Assembly: GCA_963726245.1 (NCBI GenBank)
Contig: CAVSBT010000022.1
Span: 1-12,149 of the forward strand
Direction of reading: 5' to 3'
From: an uncultured Chloroflexia bacterium
Lineage (GTDB): Bacteria; Chloroflexota; Dehalococcoidia; DSTF01; JALHUB01
DNA: 12,149 nucleotides
Notes under the pieces: generated by a model
The model's database searches: none
Seen by the model: the letters and a program-made list of their open reading frames with translations, nothing else
What the model was told of the DNA's origin: nothing
Shown: positions 7,056 to 12,149 of the stretch, one piece after another
Layout: every line of letters starts with the position of its first letter
How positions within the stretch are numbered: the first letter of the stretch is position 1
Translations under genes and position numbers: made by a program

Positions 7056-8069
7056 TCAGGCCACGAGACCCGCCTGTTTCATCCATTCGCGGATGCGCTC
7101 CTTGGCTTCATCGTAGGATACTCTTGTCTTCCACCCGAGCTCGCGCCGGGCCTTTGACGTGTCCAGATCATTGTTGCGGCCGATCATTGCCACGCTGTGG
7201 CGGGTAAGTGGGGTCTTCAAGCCGAAAATGGAAGCCGCTCCCCCGATCAGGCCCGCCAATGGCCATGCCACAGCGAAGGGAATTGGCAGGAACGTCGTCC
7301 TGGTGATCGGTTTCCCCATCATTTCCGCGATATCGGAGAAGTATTGCCGGAATGTGACGTCGTAAGCATCCATGATGTGATAGGTCTGGCCCTTGGCTTC
7401 GTCTTTCGTTCCGGCCAGAAGAAACGCGTCCACAAGGTTGTCCACGTATACCAGGCTCGCGCTCCACTTTCCACCGTCAATGAGCGGGAAGAAGGGTTTC
7501 TTCAGGGTGTCCACCGCATCACGAACCCAGACGCTCCCCGGGCCGATCACATTGGTGGGTCGTATGACCGTACCGCTGATCTTTCCGTCTCGATGGTACT
7601 GCCAGAGCAGTCTCTCTGCCTCCAGTTTCGCGTCCCCGTAGAATATGCCGGTCTCTTGGGTCGGATCCGTCTCGCGGTGACCGTTGAGATGCTTGCGTCC
7701 CAACCCGATGGCCATGACGGAACTGGCAAAAACAAACCGCCGGCCATTGCCGCAAGATTCCTCGAGTAGATGTTTCGTAGCCTTGTAGATGGCATCGTAG
7801 AAGTCTTTCCGGGTGCCCCAATATGTCACCCGACCCGCCAGGTGATACACCGTTTCAACATCTTCGCAGATGCCGCGGATGGAATCCGTCTTTGTCAGGT
7901 CGCCTCTGACAATGCTGCACCCCATTCTCTCCAGGTGATCTGCACTTTCCTCCGGCATGGCCAGGGCTTTCACGGAAAAACCTTCGTCGATAAGTCTCTT
8001 GCACAGGAACCCGCCGATGAATCCGCCCGCGCCGGTGACAAGGACTCTTTTGCTGTGCTCCTTCGTCAT
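7056..8069 (-). CDS. NAD-dependent epimerase/dehydratase family extended SDR (3-beta-HSD-like)
   Basis: VLVTGAGGFIG, VYHLAG, YGDAK (YxxxK), IRPTNVIGPG, VYVDNLV, KARRELGW; ATGA coupling to the upstream gene. Confidence 0.92.
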   Translation of the reverse strand: MTKEHSKRVLVTGAGGFIGGFLCKRLIDEGFSVKALAMPEESADHLERMGCSIVRGDLTKTDSIRGICEDVETVYHLAGRVTYWGTRKDFYDAIYKATKHLLEESCGNGRRFVFASSVMAIGLGRKHLNGHRETDPTQETGIFYGDAKLEAERLLWQYHRDGKISGTVIRPTNVIGPGSVWVRDAVDTLKKPFFPLIDGGKWSASLVYVDNLVDAFLLAGTKDEAKGQTYHIMDAYDVTFRQYFSDIAEMMGKPITRTTFLPIPFAVAWPLAGLIGGAASIFGLKTPLTRHSVAMIGRNNDLDTSKARRELGWKTRVSYDEAKERIREWMKQAGLVA

Positions 8070-8935
8070 GACCGTTCTCCGAGAAGTTCCTTCTGTTTTC
8101 TATGGAATTCCACTTCCTGTTCGTATTGGTAAGGGAGAGCCGGAGATTTCCAATCGGCCACCGGCTTCCCGGGGTTCAACCGCGTTTGCAGGTAGTCGGA
8201 ACTCATTACCACAAAGGGCTTGGCGGTATCCAACCCGAGCGCGCGGATATTCTCCGCCATGCGGTGCCTGCCGGGTCCGACTTTGACTTCGATCGACTTG
8301 CAGGTGCAGTTCTTGAGCTTGCCGTCCACTTCGGTTACGACTCTGAAGATCGTGTCTTCGTAGTTGTTGAACGACACTAGATCAAATGCCTTGACCGAAA
8401 GGCCCGAGCCCATCTCCGCTTTCACGTCGACAATGGATTCACCCGTATCCGGATCCATCACGCCGAACTCGAAATGGTTTCCGGACAGTCGATACGGTAT
8501 CTGGGTGAGGAACTTCGGGAAACCCCAGATTTCCCGTCCCGCGGCCCTTGCTCCGGGGATGGTCACCGGCATCTCGATGACATACATCCCCATGTTCTTC
8601 CACCGTTTCTCTTTCTTGGCAAACAGGAGCTTGGGAAACGGCATTGACGGCGGCCCCAGTGCCTCCGGATACACGATGGCCGCCAGCACCACCTCCTCAT
8701 AGGCGCCCACGGTCACCTGCTGGTAATTGAAGAACGTCAGCGACGCGAGGGCCTTTCCATTGAAAAAGCGGACCGGCAGCAGCCCGGTCCCCTTCAACAC
8801 CGGCAGCACCCGATCATATTCAACGAAGTAGTTGATGGCGCGCAGCGCAACCTTGTAGAAGAACATGGGGACCTGGGTCTTGGTGTATGACGTGGTGTAA
8901 TAGGTTCGTGGAACGTCAAAGAAATCCTTTCTCAT
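8066..8935 (-). CDS. Acetoacetate decarboxylase-like (ADC) family protein
   Basis: VGAYEE, YVIEMPVT and GREIWGFPK (Schiff-base Lys motif); AGGAAGGT RBS. Confidence 0.85.
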   Translation of the reverse strand: MRKDFFDVPRTYYTTSYTKTQVPMFFYKVALRAINYFVEYDRVLPVLKGTGLLPVRFFNGKALASLTFFNYQQVTVGAYEEVVLAAIVYPEALGPPSMPFPKLLFAKKEKRWKNMGMYVIEMPVTIPGARAAGREIWGFPKFLTQIPYRLSGNHFEFGVMDPDTGESIVDVKAEMGSGLSVKAFDLVSFNNYEDTIFRVVTEVDGKLKNCTCKSIEVKVGPGRHRMAENIRALGLDTAKPFVVMSSDYLQTRLNPGKPVADWKSPALPYQYEQEVEFHRKQKELLGERS

Positions 8936-9092
8936 AACGCACCTTCCTGTTGGTTGTCCAACCGTGACATGTCCCTTAGCAGAACAGGCGATCCGCCCTC
9001 GTGAGGCGCGGTCTTCGGGGCGAGCGCGTGAGCACCACGGCTGCTGGCGCAGGGCGAGCAGTGGGGCTCGCGCGGACGCCGTCTTCGCTCAA

Positions 9093-10061
9093 TCAGTCAG
9101 ATTCGGATGAGGGCGCCCCTCCGCCGCATAGAGCTTCGAAGAACGCGGCCTCGCACGCAGCCTGTTCGTCCCGCGATAGCCAGCCCTGATGCCGATAGCC
9201 ACTCGCCCGGCCCACACTTGCGGCCTTCTCAGCCCACAGCGGATTGTAGGGAAGAAGGCGGGCCTCCGAGAAGCCGAGCCGCCGCAGGAAGGCGCCGATG
9301 GCCCGCAGGTTGTCCAGATCGGCGGTGAGGCCGGGAACAAGAGGCACGCGGGGCAGGAAACGCCCCGGCGCACGCTCGGCCAGGGCCGCCAGGTTCTCCA
9401 GGATGACCCGGTTGGGCCGGCCGGTGTAGCGACGGTGCAGCTCCTCGTCGACGAACTTGACGTCATAGTAGACTTGGTCCAGGTGGGGGAGAAGGCGCTC
9501 GCAGAACGTCTCCAGCCGGAACAACCCACAGGTCTCCAGAAGCGTGTGGACCCCCGCAGCCTGCAGCCGCCTCAGAAGCTCCTCGACGTAGCGGGGGAAC
9601 ATCGTCGCTTCGCCGCCGGAGAGGGTCACTCCGCCGCCGGAGTTGCGATAGAACGGCTGGTCGCGGAGAAGGAGCGGCAGCAGCTCATCGATCTCCCAGT
9701 AGCGGCCGACCCGTTTGAGGGCGCCGGTGGGGCAGAGATCGGCGCAGAGGCCGCAGCGGTTGCAGCGCGAGCGGTCGAATGCGACGGCGGGGCCGGCGCC
9801 CAGCGCTCGGGGCACGCATACGGGCATGCACTCACCGCAGGCGATGCAGTCTTTCTCCAGGAAGGCGATCTCCGGCTGGGAGTCGATGGCTTCGGGGTTG
9901 TGGCACCAGACGCAGGCCAGCGGGCACCCCTTGAAGAAGACGGTGGTCCTGATGCCCGGCCCGTCGTCCAGCGAGTTGGGCCGCACGTCCACGATCAGCG
10001 GGCGCCGTCGCTCCAGTGCGGATGAGGATGCTCCAGCCGAGGTTGCGTCGGGCCCGGCCAT
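9093..10061 (-). CDS. Glycyl-radical enzyme activating protein (radical SAM, with ferredoxin-like insert)
   Basis: SLDDGPGIRTTVFFKGCPLACVWCHNPE; CIACGECMPVC and CNRCGLCADLC; GGGVTLSGGEA; starts 5 bp after the GRE stop. Confidence 0.96.
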   Translation of the reverse strand: MAGPDATSAGASSSALERRRPLIVDVRPNSLDDGPGIRTTVFFKGCPLACVWCHNPEAIDSQPEIAFLEKDCIACGECMPVCVPRALGAGPAVAFDRSRCNRCGLCADLCPTGALKRVGRYWEIDELLPLLLRDQPFYRNSGGGVTLSGGEATMFPRYVEELLRRLQAAGVHTLLETCGLFRLETFCERLLPHLDQVYYDVKFVDEELHRRYTGRPNRVILENLAALAERAPGRFLPRVPLVPGLTADLDNLRAIGAFLRRLGFSEARLLPYNPLWAEKAASVGRASGYRHQGWLSRDEQAACEAAFFEALCGGGAPSSESD

Positions 10062-10066
10062 GGCGA

Positions 10067-12149
10067 CTAACGGTACTCCGCCCGCTCGATGAGCTCGACC
10101 TGCATCTCCGGATTGAGCTCGACGAAGTAGGCGTTGTAGCCGGAGATGCGGACCATCAGGTTGCGGTAGTTCTCCGGGTGCTCCATGGCGTCGCGGAGGG
10201 TCTCCGTGGTCACCATGTTGAACTGCATCTGCATGCCACCCAGCTCGAAGTAGGTCTTGGCATAGGTGGTGGCGTGCTCGACGAACTCGGCGTGGGGCTC
10301 GCCGGGCGCCGGCGTCAGCTTGACGTTGAAGGCGATGTTGTTCGGCATCTTCAGCGGGTCGAGGGCGGCGACGGTGCGGATGTTGTCCAGCAGGTTGGGC
10401 GACGCCGACGCCGCCGGCGTGATGCCAGGGGTGAACGCCTTGCCCCGCTTGCGGCCGCTGGGCAGCGCGCCGGAGAGAGAGCCGAAGACCACGTGGTTCG
10501 ACATGCTCCAGAAGCCGCTGGTGTAGCGGCCGCCGCGGTAGTTCTCCCGCGACTGGTACTCGTCATAGATAAAGTTGATGATCTCTTCGGCCATCTCCCG
10601 CGTGCCGGGAGCGTCGGAACCGAACTTGGGCACCCTCTTCATGATGCGGGCGTGAAGCGCCTCGTGGCCGACGAAGTCATCGCGGAGCGCCTGCAGCAGC
10701 GTTGGGAAATCCACCGCTTTCTCTTCGTACACCAGTTGCCTGATCGCCAGGAGGCTGTCGATCACGTCGGCGATGGATACCAGCGCGGAACCGGAGCTGT
10801 TGTATTTCGCGCCGCCGTGGATGACGTCGCGGCCGCTCTCAAGGCACCCCTGGATCATCGACGACAGCAGCGGTGTCGGGTGCAGGTACTGATGGGCGCG
10901 GCCCAACAGGTTGTTGTATTCCACCGATTGCCCGATCAGGTAGCCCAGTTGCTCTTTGTAGGCGGCCAGAAACGTGTCGAAGGTGTCGAAGCGAGGGGCG
11001 TCGGTGACATCGCCGGTGTGAGGGCCGACCTGCTCGCGGAGAAGCGGATGGTAGCCGTCGTTGAGCGCCATCTCCAGCGCCGCAACCGTGTTCAGGAGCA
11101 TGCAGTTGGTGTGACCGATGTGCCGGCCGCAACTGGTCGGCTCGACGCAGCCGGTGGCGCCCCAGTCCCGCGCGTCCTCCAGGGCGAACCCCTGATTGAC
11201 CAGCGTGGCGATGACCGCCTCGTCGTTGTGGATCGAGGGCGTCGAGGTGGTGATGACGTTCACTTCACAGAGGCGGCGCAGGTACTCGATAGAGTTGGCC
11301 TTCGGGTGATAGCGGGCGTTCAGGTTGGGGTCGCGCAGCGTCAGCATCTCGGCGGCCTTGAGCACGATGTAGGTCATGTCGCAGACGGCGCTGTTCCCCT
11401 CGCGGTCGACGCCGCCGACCGTCAGCGCCATGTCGGACGAGCTGCCGGCGAACAGCCGCAGGCCCACGCCCGGCACCAGGGGAAGATGGTCGTTGCACTG
11501 TAGGAGGAACGACCCCATCAGCTCGACGGCGCGGCGGATGACGGCCTCTCGTTCTTCATCGCTCCGCGCCGCAGCGGCATCGCGGAGGAAATAGGGCTGG
11601 AGCCACACGTCCAGCCGGCCGAGGGAGAGCCCCGCGTTCATGTTCTCCATGTGCAGCGCGATCTGGATCAGCAAGATCGCGTTCAGCGCCTCGTGCAGCG
11701 ACTCGGCGGGCCCGGCTGGCACCTTACGGCAGATGCGGGCCATCTCCAGGAGCTCGCCGCGCCGCGCCGCGTGGGCCGGGTCGTCGGGGTCCATCTCAGC
11801 CGCTATGGCCTCCGCCTTCTCCGCCAGCCGCTCGGCATAGCGCAGCGTCCCCTCGATGGCGATCTGGGTGGCCCGGTAGAAGTTGCGGGCCCGCTCGTCG
11901 GCGGCGGTCGCCTCGCGACGGGCCGCGTCCTCGCGAATCGAGAGCAGACCTCTCTGGAGCACCGCCGGGTAATCGGGGATGGTGTGGGAGACGGCGGCGG
12001 TCTTCCACATGAAGTAGAGGACCCAGCGCTCATCCAGTTGCTGGCAGCGCGCGTTGTTCCACTCCCGGCGCGTCCACTCCCGTATGTTGCGGTCGACCCA
12101 GTAGGGAAAGACATCCTGGTTGAGCAGGTCGACATCCTCAGTGGAGATG
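10067..12149 (-). CDS. Glycyl radical enzyme (PFL superfamily, non-PFL single-Cys type), 5' end outside the window
   Basis: SLGRLD, GCVEP Cys loop, GGMQMQFN, LMVRISGYNAYF Gly loop. The frame stays open from 12010 to the window edge (ISTEDVDLLNQDVFPYWVDRNIREW...), so 12010 is not the start. Confidence 0.95.
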   Translation of the reverse strand, partial: ISTEDVDLLNQDVFPYWVDRNIREWTRREWNNARCQQLDERWVLYFMWKTAAVSHTIPDYPAVLQRGLLSIREDAARREATAADERARNFYRATQIAIEGTLRYAERLAEKAEAIAAEMDPDDPAHAARRGELLEMARICRKVPAGPAESLHEALNAILLIQIALHMENMNAGLSLGRLDVWLQPYFLRDAAAARSDEEREAVIRRAVELMGSFLLQCNDHLPLVPGVGLRLFAGSSSDMALTVGGVDREGNSAVCDMTYIVLKAAEMLTLRDPNLNARYHPKANSIEYLRRLCEVNVITTSTPSIHNDEAVIATLVNQGFALEDARDWGATGCVEPTSCGRHIGHTNCMLLNTVAALEMALNDGYHPLLREQVGPHTGDVTDAPRFDTFDTFLAAYKEQLGYLIGQSVEYNNLLGRAHQYLHPTPLLSSMIQGCLESGRDVIHGGAKYNSSGSALVSIADVIDSLLAIRQLVYEEKAVDFPTLLQALRDDFVGHEALHARIMKRVPKFGSDAPGTREMAEEIINFIYDEYQSRENYRGGRYTSGFWSMSNHVVFGSLSGALPSGRKRGKAFTPGITPAASASPNLLDNIRTVAALDPLKMPNNIAFNVKLTPAPGEPHAEFVEHATTYAKTYFELGGMQMQFNMVTTETLRDAMEHPENYRNLMVRISGYNAYFVELNPEMQVELIERAEYR

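Noticed and set aside
10016-11503. 495-aa plus-strand ORF (likewise 9189-10025 + and 4877-5965 -)
   Set aside because: Antisense shadows of well-supported high-GC genes, with no recognisable motifs.
10067-12149. Naming the GRE pflB or cutC
   Set aside because: It lacks the PFL Cys-Cys pair and the CutC-like residues after GCVEP.

Overview
GC-rich bacterial accessory region; the gene mix suggests Chloroflexota or Actinomycetota, but that is only inference. It carries ten credible CDSs: an AT-rich PfpI/DJ-1 gene, a GYD-domain gene, a GMC oxidoreductase with a coupled small partner, a Tat-lipoprotein alkyl-sulfatase-like MBL hydrolase, a DinB-like gene, a lower-GC pair (acetoacetate-decarboxylase family plus extended SDR), and a glycyl radical enzyme (5' end outside the window) with its activating enzyme. 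The most unusual feature is a family of four ~160-216 bp non-coding elements (811-1014, 1015-1172, 1625-1813, 4545-4760). Each is bounded by the same ~32-bp imperfect inverted repeat (consensus CCTGTGGGGTGCCAATACTCCATCCGTATCTG), has a mosaic hairpin-rich interior, and shows no visible target-site duplication. They occupy each spacer between the four gene units from pfpI to the sulfatase, which differ in composition, so the region resembles a cassette array. No transposase or integrase lies in the window.
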